Below, piece after piece: positions 37,476-47,583 of a stretch of DNA of 64,000 nt (positions are counted from its first letter, which is position 1; each line of letters opens with the position of its first letter). The translations under genes and the position numbers were made by a program. Source of the DNA: an uncultured Bacilli bacterium (GTDB lineage: Bacteria; Bacillota_I; Bacilli_A; RF39; UBA660); NCBI GenBank assembly GCA_944329445.1, contig CALVIH010000002.1, positions 8,242 through 72,241 of the forward strand. Reading direction: 5' to 3'. The notes beneath the pieces are model-generated. The model saw only the letters and a list, made by a program, of their open reading frames with translations. It did no database searches and was not told the origin of the DNA.

Positions 37476-38921
37476 CTACTTCCTATTGAACTCTCTTATT
37501 CTTCTTTTCGCATACGTCGTAACTGCTTTGTCTTCCCAATCTTCTCTTGGTCCAAATGATAAATCGTCTGTTATTATTCTTACTCTATCTTTGTTTTTAA
37601 GTGGCTTATCAACATCCACATACTCATCATTTACAATAGCAGCCACCATGGTATTACCAATATCAGTATGTATTTTATAGGCAAAATCTATTGGTGTTGC
37701 TCCTACTGGTAACTCAACTATTTCTCCTTTAGTTGTGTATACATATATTTTGTTTGCAAATAATTCATTTTTCACTTGATATACAAATTCTTTATTGTCT
37801 CCAAAAACTTTATCCATTTCAACAAGTGATGTAAAAAACTGATATTTATCTTTTAGTTCTTGTTGCATAACTTCTCTTGCTTTCCCCTTTTCAATATCCC
37901 AATAAGTTGATAGTCCAAACGATGCTACTTTATCCATATCAAATGTTCTTATTTGTGTTTGTACTAATCTATCATCTGGTGCAAATACGGTTGTATGAAG
38001 TGATCTGTACATGTTTGTTTTTGGATTGCATATAAAGTCTTTAAACTTGCCATTTACCGGATTATACTTACTATGAACAAGTCTTAATGTTTGATAACAA
38101 TTATTAACCGTATCAACCATTACTTTAAGAGCTAACAAATCATGTATGTCAGATATTTTTCCACCTTCATTTAACTTTTTATATATTCCATATATATTTT
38201 TTGTTCTTACTTTTATTTCATTTGGAATTGATTCATCATTAAGCATACTTTGTATCGTTTGTAACATTTCTTTTAAACATGATTCACTTTCTTCTTCAAT
38301 TCTTATTTTCTTTTCACCAATCATCTTATACATATCAGGCTTTAAATACCTAAGTGATAAATCCTCTAATTCTTGTTTTATTCTATATGCTCCAATGTAA
38401 TATGCCATAGGAACAAATATCTCAAGTGTTTCTAGAGCATTTTCTTTTTGTTTAAACTCACTTTTAAATTGTAAAGTCCTCATGTTATGAAGCCTATCAG
38501 CCAGTTTTATTAAAATAATTCTTACATCATTTGTTATACTTGTTATTATTTTTCTTGTATTAGCCAAATTCTGATCTTGTTTTGATGAAAAGTTCATCTT
38601 ACTTATCTTTGTTACTCCGTCAACTAAGTTTGCAACATCACTATTAAAGTTTTCTGCAATTTCTTCTTTAGAAATATTAGTATCTTCTAAAGTGTCATGT
38701 AAAAGACCCGCACATACTGTGTCACCATCCGCTCTTAATTCAGCTAATATGTAAGCTACATTTAACGGATGAATTATATAAGGTTCGCCGCTTTGTCTTT
38801 GCTGGCCTTGATGAAGAGTATTTGCCATATTATAGGCCCTTCTTACTTCTTCAACCTCATCAGGATTATATGATTTAATAATACCTATTAAATCATTAAT
38901 ATCTAGACTTTCTTTACTCAT
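37476..38921 (-). CDS. RelA/SpoT homolog truncated after the TGS domain (HD hydrolase + synthetase + TGS; no ZFD/ACT C-terminal region)
   Basis: HD motif HPLNVAYIL...LLHDTLEDT; synthetase motifs RTKNIYGIYKKL, DLLALKVMV, YRSLHTTV, QTQIRT; TGS motif IYVYTTKGEIVELPVGATPIDFAYKIHTDIGN. First gene of the operon. Confidence 0.7.
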   Translation of the reverse strand: MSKESLDINDLIGIIKSYNPDEVEEVRRAYNMANTLHQGQQRQSGEPYIIHPLNVAYILAELRADGDTVCAGLLHDTLEDTNISKEEIAENFNSDVANLVDGVTKISKMNFSSKQDQNLANTRKIITSITNDVRIILIKLADRLHNMRTLQFKSEFKQKENALETLEIFVPMAYYIGAYRIKQELEDLSLRYLKPDMYKMIGEKKIRIEEESESCLKEMLQTIQSMLNDESIPNEIKVRTKNIYGIYKKLNEGGKISDIHDLLALKVMVDTVNNCYQTLRLVHSKYNPVNGKFKDFICNPKTNMYRSLHTTVFAPDDRLVQTQIRTFDMDKVASFGLSTYWDIEKGKAREVMQQELKDKYQFFTSLVEMDKVFGDNKEFVYQVKNELFANKIYVYTTKGEIVELPVGATPIDFAYKIHTDIGNTMVAAIVNDEYVDVDKPLKNKDRVRIITDDLSFGPREDWEDKAVTTYAKRRIREFNRK

Positions 38922-38937
38922 AAAACACCTCCTTTTA

Positions 38938-38989
38938 TAACAAAAAGGCAGTAACTCACAAGGTCATACGACCTTAAAAGTTACTGCCT
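38938..38989 (-). terminator. Strong hairpin plus U-tract in the leader of the Rel-headed operon (terminator or attenuator)
   Basis: GGCAGTAACT-caca-AGGTC-atac-GACCT-taaa-AGTTACTGCC followed by UUUUUG on the minus strand, about 20 nt upstream of the rel RBS. Confidence 0.5.
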
Positions 38990-38994
38990 TAAAG

Positions 38995-39093
38995 TTATTT
39001 GATTAAGAAGCAGAATAAGCATAAGAAAATTAAGCCAACAAATTTGCTAGCCAAAAATATTTTATCTTCTGAAAGCAGTCTATAATTTCTCAT
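38995..39093 (-). CDS. 32-codon hydrophobic leader ORF (MRNYRLLSEDKIFLASKFVGLIFLCLFCFLIK) preceding the attenuator hairpin
   Basis: Strong RBS AAGAGGTGAG 6 nt before the ATG; the ORF ends 5 nt before the hairpin. Confidence 0.3.
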   Translation of the reverse strand: MRNYRLLSEDKIFLASKFVGLIFLCLFCFLIK

Positions 39094-39189
39094 GCTACTC
39101 ACCTCTTAAAATATTTTAATTATAAACTACTCTTTATTTTAGAACTTGTCAAGCTTTTTTTGACAAATTTTTCCATTTTTTTAGATTTG

Positions 39190-39218
39190 TCAAAAAAAAC
39201 AAGATATTAAATCTTGTT
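39190..39218 (-). terminator. Rho-independent terminator after the 64-aa membrane protein gene
   Basis: AACAAGAT-ttaat-ATCTTGTT perfect 8-bp stem followed by UUUUUUUU on the minus strand. Confidence 0.55.
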
Positions 39219-39411
39219 AATTTCTATTTTTAGTAAGTATAAATCCAATCAATCCAACTATTACGATTATCATTCCAACAATTAAAATACCACCATTACT
39301 TTCTTTACCAGCTGTTGCTTCTTTAGCAATTGATGCCGTATATAAATAATCATAATACTTAACCGTTAATTTATCAAATAAATTTAAAGTTTTTGTAACA
39401 CCTTGTTCCAA
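39217..39411 (-). CDS. Small protein with a C-terminal TM helix
   Basis: 64-aa ORF; GGILIVGMIIVIVGLIGFIL hydrophobic tail. Confidence 0.3.
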   Translation of the reverse strand: MEQGVTKTLNLFDKLTVKYYDYLYTASIAKEATAGKESNGGILIVGMIIVIVGLIGFILTKNRN

Positions 39412-39440
39412 TTTAATTCCTCCTTAAAAAAGAAAAGTTC

Positions 39441-40124
39441 TTACTTCTCTTTCTTCTCTAGTTTTTGTACTGCTTCTTTATCTTCTATCGTAAAATATAT
39501 TAAAAATGTAACTAGCGCTTCAGTTGATGTTATTAATAATAATTGAGGATACATGGCTTGAATCACCATTACTAAAGCACCTCCTGCTATAAAAATAAAT
39601 AATGGGGCATACCTAGTTCCTTTAATATTTTTAGAATTCATAAACATAAAAATCAAGCATAAAACAATACATAATTCTGAATAAAAATATACTAAATTAG
39701 CCGCAGGTCCTTGAGAGTATACCATACCTTTTTCACTAACATATTCTAGAGGTAAAGTATAAGCTAAAATAGAACAAATTACGGAGCAAGCCAATAAAAA
39801 CCACTTGATTTTATTACTATTTTTACCTTTAAAAGAAATTAAATATGTATACATCGTAAATAAACTTATCCATACTATCAAATAAACTAAATACAATCTA
39901 GATATAATATAATTTGTTATAGGATTTTGTTCATAATTTTGAACTGTGAAAAAGCAAGCAACAGCAATAATTAACCCTAATAAATTAGTTATAATAAGAC
40001 CACCATAAACGCTTTGTATTTTATTTTTTGACCTTTTTTTAGAAAAATAAACAAATGTAAGCAACAATATATAGAAAAAACTACATATCGAAAAATAAGA
40101 GTTACTCATATTATAAACCTCCAT
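39441..40124 (-). CDS. Polytopic membrane protein (about 6 TM), unknown function (transporter or immunity candidate)
   Basis: 227-aa hydrophobic ORF between the adenylating enzyme and the small membrane protein. Confidence 0.4.
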   Translation of the reverse strand: MEVYNMSNSYFSICSFFYILLLTFVYFSKKRSKNKIQSVYGGLIITNLLGLIIAVACFFTVQNYEQNPITNYIISRLYLVYLIVWISLFTMYTYLISFKGKNSNKIKWFLLACSVICSILAYTLPLEYVSEKGMVYSQGPAANLVYFYSELCIVLCLIFMFMNSKNIKGTRYAPLFIFIAGGALVMVIQAMYPQLLLITSTEALVTFLIYFTIEDKEAVQKLEKKEK

Positions 40125-40172
40125 TACTAATTAAATAGTACCATTTTTTCTTCATTTTTTTTATTTTTTTTA

Positions 40173-42230
40173 TTAAATTTTACATTTTTTTACAAAAGAA
40201 GAATCTTTGTTTTTTGAATTTTCTTCATCGTCAATAAAATCAAAGCTTATAATACTTCTATTATTTTTTGGAATATCATCTTGCATAGATTGTATATATG
40301 CACTTATCTGTTGCCTTTCTAACAAATTATCATTCTTTAACTTTATCGTTAAATCAATATCGGTTTTATTATTCTCATCTTTAATTTCACATTTTTCTAC
40401 ATTTGGATTTGAATTTATTTTTTGTTCAATTGTTAAAGCATTAAAATTTTTCTTTCCCATATTTGTTAGAGGAATTTTATCTCTAACAACAACATCATAA
40501 ATTCCATATCTTTCATTTATATTTCTGTTAACGAAATCTATTAAATCATTTTTTATATCAATGTTTTTATTTTTATATTCGGGCTTTAAAACAACATGAG
40601 CCACTAAGACTTCTCCCGAATTATGAACTGGGTCTTTTATTGCCACAATCGCACATGATTCAATCATAGGATGAGACTCTATTACATTTTCTACTTCGGT
40701 AATTGGGACGTTACATCCATCAAACTTCTTAGCTATTCTACTCTGTCTAGAAATTGGTTTTAAATTTCCATTTTCATCTATAGTACATATGTCTCCAGAA
40801 CAATACCAAGTAATACCTTTTTCATCTTTTGCTAAAACCTTGTTAGTTTCCTCCGGATTATTTAAATAACCTTTCATAATAGTTGGGCCACTTACATATA
40901 ACAATCCTGGTTCATTATAAGGTAATTCTTTTTTGGTTTCTGGATCAACAACCTTTATGATATTATCTGCATAAGGAATTCCAGCTTTATTTGGATCACT
41001 ATCTCCTAATGCAGTGCAAGTTATGGCAGAAGCTCCTTCGCTAAAACCATAACCCACTTCTATTCCACTTTTCTTTCCTCTTTCTTTAAAGAAAGCATTT
41101 AATTCTTTTGAATTATCAACAGAAGGACTTTCTCCACCCACTATAGCATAAATCCAATAAGATAAATCGTATTTTTTACCAGTTTGTTTTTCTAATTCAA
41201 TTATATAATTTTTTAATTGTATTAAAAATTCTGGAGTGGTAAATGTAATATTAGGTCTATATTTTAAGAAATATTTAATAAATTGTTCTGGAGAATAAAT
41301 TATCTGCATAGGAAGTGATATACCTTTACATAAAGGCAAATGCATATTATTGCATGAACCAAAAGGAGCATACATATTAATGGTTTGCAAACAAGTCATA
41401 TCTGATGATAAATTTAATTTTTTTGCTTTATCATGTTCAATTACCATTGCATTATAATTATCATTAGTTAATTCAATTGGTTTTGGTTTGCCAGTAGTTC
41501 CACCAGATCTAACTATTACAGCAGTCTTGTTTTTTTCATATGGTTCATAAGTTTTGCCCGTATATTTTTTACCTTTTTTTATAAAAGTTTTCCAATCAAT
41601 AAATTCCGTTAAGTCTTTTGTATTTTTTATATAATTTCCTTTATTTTCTTTAGATAACTTCCTAACATTTTTATTACTTGCATTTTTTAAAATTTCACCT
41701 ATTGACATAGAGTTTGTAAGTGAAACTGATATTACTAAATCTATATCAATTTCATCTTTTTGTCTAACCGCTTTAGCCATCTCCTCACATTTTGCATCCA
41801 AAATAATAGCCTTATGAGAATCAGATTCCTTCATATATTTTATTATCTCATTTTTATTAGCCGTAGGAAGTACCATATTAACAATTGCCCCAATTTTATT
41901 TAAAGCATAGAAACTATAAATAAATTCTGGCGTATTTACAGGGCACATTGTAACAACCTCATTATTTTTTATTCCTATAGATTTAAAAGCCTTAGCAGCT
42001 TCTTCAATTTTCATAAACATTTCATCAAAGGTAATTTTTTTACCTTCATAGACTAAAGCTGCTTTAGCCTTATGCTTATAATTTCTTGAATATAAAAAAT
42101 CATATAAAGTCATTTGTGGGATTTTTTTATCAATATCTTCTTTATCATAATTTACTAACCATGGTTTATCAATAGAAGCATAACCAGTTAAATTTTCTAT
42201 AGCTTTATTCAGTTCCATAAAACCCTCCAT
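40173..42230 (-). CDS. Adenylate-forming enzyme (acyl/aryl-CoA synthetase-like, ANL superfamily) with a 130-aa C-terminal extension
   Basis: VRSGGTTGKPKPI (AMP-binding P-loop), GYGFSEGASAI, YVSGPTIMKGY. The true start may be the second ATG (MELNK), since GGAGGG precedes it. Confidence 0.65.
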   Translation of the reverse strand: MEGFMELNKAIENLTGYASIDKPWLVNYDKEDIDKKIPQMTLYDFLYSRNYKHKAKAALVYEGKKITFDEMFMKIEEAAKAFKSIGIKNNEVVTMCPVNTPEFIYSFYALNKIGAIVNMVLPTANKNEIIKYMKESDSHKAIILDAKCEEMAKAVRQKDEIDIDLVISVSLTNSMSIGEILKNASNKNVRKLSKENKGNYIKNTKDLTEFIDWKTFIKKGKKYTGKTYEPYEKNKTAVIVRSGGTTGKPKPIELTNDNYNAMVIEHDKAKKLNLSSDMTCLQTINMYAPFGSCNNMHLPLCKGISLPMQIIYSPEQFIKYFLKYRPNITFTTPEFLIQLKNYIIELEKQTGKKYDLSYWIYAIVGGESPSVDNSKELNAFFKERGKKSGIEVGYGFSEGASAITCTALGDSDPNKAGIPYADNIIKVVDPETKKELPYNEPGLLYVSGPTIMKGYLNNPEETNKVLAKDEKGITWYCSGDICTIDENGNLKPISRQSRIAKKFDGCNVPITEVENVIESHPMIESCAIVAIKDPVHNSGEVLVAHVVLKPEYKNKNIDIKNDLIDFVNRNINERYGIYDVVVRDKIPLTNMGKKNFNALTIEQKINSNPNVEKCEIKDENNKTDIDLTIKLKNDNLLERQQISAYIQSMQDDIPKNNRSIISFDFIDDEENSKNKDSSFVKKCKI

Positions 42231-42240
42231 ATTTTCTTAA

Positions 42241-42285
42241 CTCTTTTTCTTTAAAGAAAAAGAGTTTTGTTTGCAAACAAAACTC
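42241..42285 (-). promoter_or_regulatory. Two overlapping perfect palindromes in the 5' leader of the adenylating-enzyme gene (candidate terminator/antiterminator switch)
   Basis: GAGTTTTGTTTGCAAACAAAACTC (42262-42285) and CTCTTTTTCTTTAAAGAAAAAGAG (42241-42264) share the CTC/GAG arm. A TTGACA-17-TAATAT promoter sits at 42349-42377. Confidence 0.4.
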
Positions 42286-42418
42286 TAACTAGAATTGCCT
42301 GCACTAGTATGTTTCTGTACAAGCAAACATTAACAAAAATTACGAGAATATATTATCATAATTTTTTTATTTGTCAAGTTTTGCTAGCTAATGTTATTTT
42401 TTTATTATTTTAAAGTTA

Positions 42419-44407
<1,989 letters not shown>

Positions 44408-44569
44408 CTAATAATATTATAACATGTTATTTCAAATTAAACTATTAATTAACTGTAAAAGATTAACAATAAATTTTAGTATCATAAGTTTTACACTATT
44501 TTTGTGTTTATTAAAAAAATACTGATATTTTTATTAAATCTTGTTATAATCATAATAGCGGAGGTTAAT

Positions 44570-45958
44570 ATGAAACTAGATGAGTCAATATTAAGAAAAT
44601 GGGACGTAAGGGGCATTTACCCAGACCAAATAAATGAAGAAGTTGCAGACGTTATAGGAGCAGCTTTCGCTTGCTTTTTAAAAGAAAAAAAACAGGATAC
44701 TTGCATAGTAGGAAGAGATAACCGAATCGGTGGAGAAAAACTAGCGAAAAACTTAATAAAGGCGCTTATAGAAAATGGTGTTAATGTTATATATCTAGAT
44801 ATTGTAACAACTCCCATGCTTAATTTTGCGTGCCATAAATTAAATAATCCGTACGGAATCATGATAACAGCAAGCCATAATCCCAAAAACGAAAATGGGT
44901 TTAAACTTTTTGGGGAAGAATGCCTACACTTAAATAGTAATGATTTGAATTACTTTTACAACTTAGTAAAAGAACAAAAGAAATTATCTAACGAAAATAA
45001 GGGCACAATAAAAAAATATCAGATTAAAGAACCATATATAGAGTATTTAATAAATAACATAAACCTAGAGAAAAAAAGATTAAAAGTAGTAGTTGATTGT
45101 GGTAACGGCACGGCATCAACAATTATTAGAGACGTTTATAAAAACTTTAATTGTAACGTTATATACCTATACTCGGAAAGTGACCCAACGTTTCCAAACC
45201 ATCATCCAGATCCAAACGTTCGAGAAAATCTTATGGATTTATGCAAAATGGTAATAGAAACAAAATCAGACTTGGGAATTGCATACGATGGAGATTGTGA
45301 TAGGGTTGGTATTGTTGATGATAAAGGCAATATAATCGAAACGGATAAATTAATGAGCATATATGCTAAAAACATAATAAACGATAACGAGAATAAAAAC
45401 GTTATCATCGACGTAAAATGTTCGATGGCACTAGAAAATGCAATTAAAAGTTATGGCGGTAACCCAATAATGGTATGCAATGGAAGTGCTTTCATAGAAA
45501 GTTACGTACATAATTACCCGGCTATTTTTGGTGGTGAATATTCAGGACATGTATTCTTTAATGATGGACACTATGGATATGATGATGGTATTTATGCCGG
45601 ATTACGACTACAAGAAATTTTATGTAACGAGAATAAAAACTTAAGTTCTCTTACGAGCGATTACCAAACGTTATTTAATACTCCTGAAATAAAAATACCT
45701 TGTGATGACAATGTAAAATTCGAAGTAATAGAAAAAATTAAAGATTATTGTAATGAAAAAAAATATGAATACTTAGACATCGATGGTGTAAGAGTGAAAT
45801 TTAATGATGGTTGGGCACTAGTAAGAGCTAGCAACACCGGACCTAACTTAACCGCTAGGTTTGAAGCAAAAACAGAAAAAAGGTTGGAAGAAATAAAAAA
45901 GGAATTTATTAATTTAACTGATAAAATACTATATATGAAAAAAGAGCCTAGCTATTAA
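44570..45958 (+). CDS. Phosphohexomutase (phosphoglucomutase/phosphomannomutase family)
   Basis: TASHNP active-site serine loop, DGDCDR metal-binding loop. Start refined to ATG 44570 (GGAGG RBS; extended -10 TGTTATAAT upstream). The track N-terminal extension was rejected. Confidence 0.8.
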   Translation: MKLDESILRKWDVRGIYPDQINEEVADVIGAAFACFLKEKKQDTCIVGRDNRIGGEKLAKNLIKALIENGVNVIYLDIVTTPMLNFACHKLNNPYGIMITASHNPKNENGFKLFGEECLHLNSNDLNYFYNLVKEQKKLSNENKGTIKKYQIKEPYIEYLINNINLEKKRLKVVVDCGNGTASTIIRDVYKNFNCNVIYLYSESDPTFPNHHPDPNVRENLMDLCKMVIETKSDLGIAYDGDCDRVGIVDDKGNIIETDKLMSIYAKNIINDNENKNVIIDVKCSMALENAIKSYGGNPIMVCNGSAFIESYVHNYPAIFGGEYSGHVFFNDGHYGYDDGIYAGLRLQEILCNENKNLSSLTSDYQTLFNTPEIKIPCDDNVKFEVIEKIKDYCNEKKYEYLDIDGVRVKFNDGWALVRASNTGPNLTARFEAKTEKRLEEIKKEFINLTDKILYMKKEPSY

Positions 45959-46067
45959 GCTAGGCTTTACCATATGGTAATGTAGATAGACTTATAAGTT
46001 CATCAAATACATTTTCTCTATGCTATCCGCATTACAATAGTATCTTACTCAAAAATAAATATTTTAT

Positions 46068-46490
46068 TCATCGAAGTATGTTTTTTATAAACTTATTAAA
46101 TGCTGTTTTTATTTTACTTAATTCCAATGTTGATAAAACTACTTTTTGGTTTGTTTTTAAGTCCTTATATTGAGATTCAATTCTATTTTTAGAAATGGTG
46201 CGAAACTGTTCCATTAAAATTATTGAATCTGTTTCTTTTATATAGTATAGATGAGGATACTTCAAATCATTATAATTTCTAGTTTTATATCCTTCAAGAG
46301 TTTTAAAGTGTTTTTCTTTTGGACTAGTTAATGGTAAACAAAAAATCATGTTCTCTGTAGAATTAATAGGAAATAATATCCCTAAGTGTTTCGACTTTAA
46401 TTCAGGATGAAATGTTCTTCCATAATTTATATGATAAACACTTCCCTCTTCATAATTTTTATATTTTTTTCTTGTAGACTTTTTTACCAT
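46068..46490 (-). CDS. MazF/PemK-like endoribonuclease toxin homolog, apparently orphan
   Basis: GSVYHINYG...HLGILFP...IFCLPLTS...ILMEQFRTISKNRI parallels the MazF/PemK blocks. Start refined to ATG (MVKKSTRK); the track used an upstream TTG. Confidence 0.45.
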   Translation of the reverse strand: MVKKSTRKKYKNYEEGSVYHINYGRTFHPELKSKHLGILFPINSTENMIFCLPLTSPKEKHFKTLEGYKTRNYNDLKYPHLYYIKETDSIILMEQFRTISKNRIESQYKDLKTNQKVVLSTLELSKIKTAFNKFIKNILR

Positions 46491-46791
46491 AAAATTTTCC
46501 CCCAAAAAAATAATAGAAAAGGAGAAGTAAAACTTCTCCCCTGAATAGACTTATACATTCATCACTTACGTTTCATGCTGCTATTCGCTCAATGTACAAT
46601 ACCTGATTGACTAACAGATTCATCGTTACCTTCACCATGCAACCAACATTGTACCTATAATTTACCATTTTTTTACTTAAAAGTCAATTTACATAGACTT
46701 TTTAAAAAATGTGTTTATTATTATACACATATTTAAATAAATGTCAATAAAGGTGCTAAATAAAATTATCTTATCTCTTTTTAGTAACTTT

Positions 46792-47523
46792 TTATTTTTT
46801 TATTATTGATTCTAACGCCAGTTTAATCATATCGTTTAAAGCTGTTTGCCTATCCTCATTTGATACCACTTCATCAATGTAAGGTGAATCAGTAACAGAC
46901 AATAAAACAGTAGCATCAGCATTAAACTCTTTTGCAGTTAAACAAACGGCAAACCCTTCCATTTCTTCTGCTATTATATTAACATCTTTTGGCACCCGCT
47001 TATAAATATCTTTTGAATCACCATATGGACCAAATACTGAAGTAGTATTAGTGGTTCCAATGGTAATAGGTATATTTAAATCGTCTGCGGTTTTCTTTAT
47101 GGTACTATTTAACTTATCAGATGATTTAACTAATAATAAATCTTCGTTCAAAAATTGAGTATCATAATCCGTTTCACTATAAATTTGATCAGCCAAAACA
47201 ACATCCAACAACTTAAGATCTTTTGATACGGCTCCGCACGTTCCTATTCTTATTATTTTTTTCACCCCAAAATAATAAAGTAGTTCGAATACGTATATTC
47301 CCGCTGAGGCCACTCCCATACCTGATGGTACAACGCTTATTTTTTTACCTTTATAAGTCCCCGTATAAGCGTTCATGTTACGCACGGTATTAACTAACTT
47401 TACGTTACTTAAGAAATTATCAGCAATGTATTTAGCACGTAAAGGATCCCCTGGTAATAATACAAGTGGAGCTATGTCTTTCTTTTTCGCATCAATATGT
47501 ATCGGCTTTTTTTGTGGTTTCAT
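46792..47523 (-). CDS. deoD: Purine nucleoside phosphorylase, DeoD type
   Basis: LLPGDPLRAKYIADNFL...YTGTYKGKKISV...GMGVASAGIY...KKIIRIGTCGAV is closely collinear with E. coli/Bacillus DeoD. Confidence 0.8.
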   Translation of the reverse strand: MKPQKKPIHIDAKKKDIAPLVLLPGDPLRAKYIADNFLSNVKLVNTVRNMNAYTGTYKGKKISVVPSGMGVASAGIYVFELLYYFGVKKIIRIGTCGAVSKDLKLLDVVLADQIYSETDYDTQFLNEDLLLVKSSDKLNSTIKKTADDLNIPITIGTTNTTSVFGPYGDSKDIYKRVPKDVNIIAEEMEGFAVCLTAKEFNADATVLLSVTDSPYIDEVVSNEDRQTALNDMIKLALESIIKK

Positions 47524-47583
47524 TTATTTACCTCCTTGTTTTTAGTATAGCATTTATAATAGTAAATATAAACTTAAATCAGG

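Noticed and set aside
37476-38921. Interpreting the Rel-like gene as a toxic small alarmone synthetase (toxSAS, CapRel/FaRel type)
   Set aside because: It carries an N-terminal HD hydrolase and a TGS domain, so it is long-RSH architecture. toxSAS proteins are synthetase-only. It also lacks the paired antitoxin arrangement.
38995-39093. Tyrosine-codon-rich attenuation leader peptide, to match the TyrRS theme
   Set aside because: The 32-codon ORF has a single Tyr and is Leu/Phe-rich. If it is regulatory it is not a classical Tyr-sensing leader. It is kept only as a generic leader-ORF candidate.
39121-39180. Treating the TTGACA/TTGTCA palindromes as an IS or MITE terminal repeat
   Set aside because: The arms are only 7 bp with no flanking duplicated target site or internal ORF. 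They are more parsimoniously overlapping -35 elements or an operator, kept as a regulatory candidate.
28062-42230. Calling the island an NRPS/PKS cluster
   Set aside because: There are no condensation, ketosynthase, acyltransferase or carrier-protein domains. The only adenylating enzyme is a free-standing ANL-family ligase without an obvious phosphopantetheine attachment motif.
44504-44569. N-terminal extensions in track ORFs that begin with non-ATG starts (44504 for the phosphohexomutase, 46505 for MazF-like, 60956 for DinD-like, 15749 for the Wzy-like gene)
   Set aside because: Internal ATG codons with good Shine-Dalgarno spacing and promoter -10 elements lie downstream. The extensions would read through promoter and terminator sequence, so starts were moved to 44570, 46490, 60941 and 15707.
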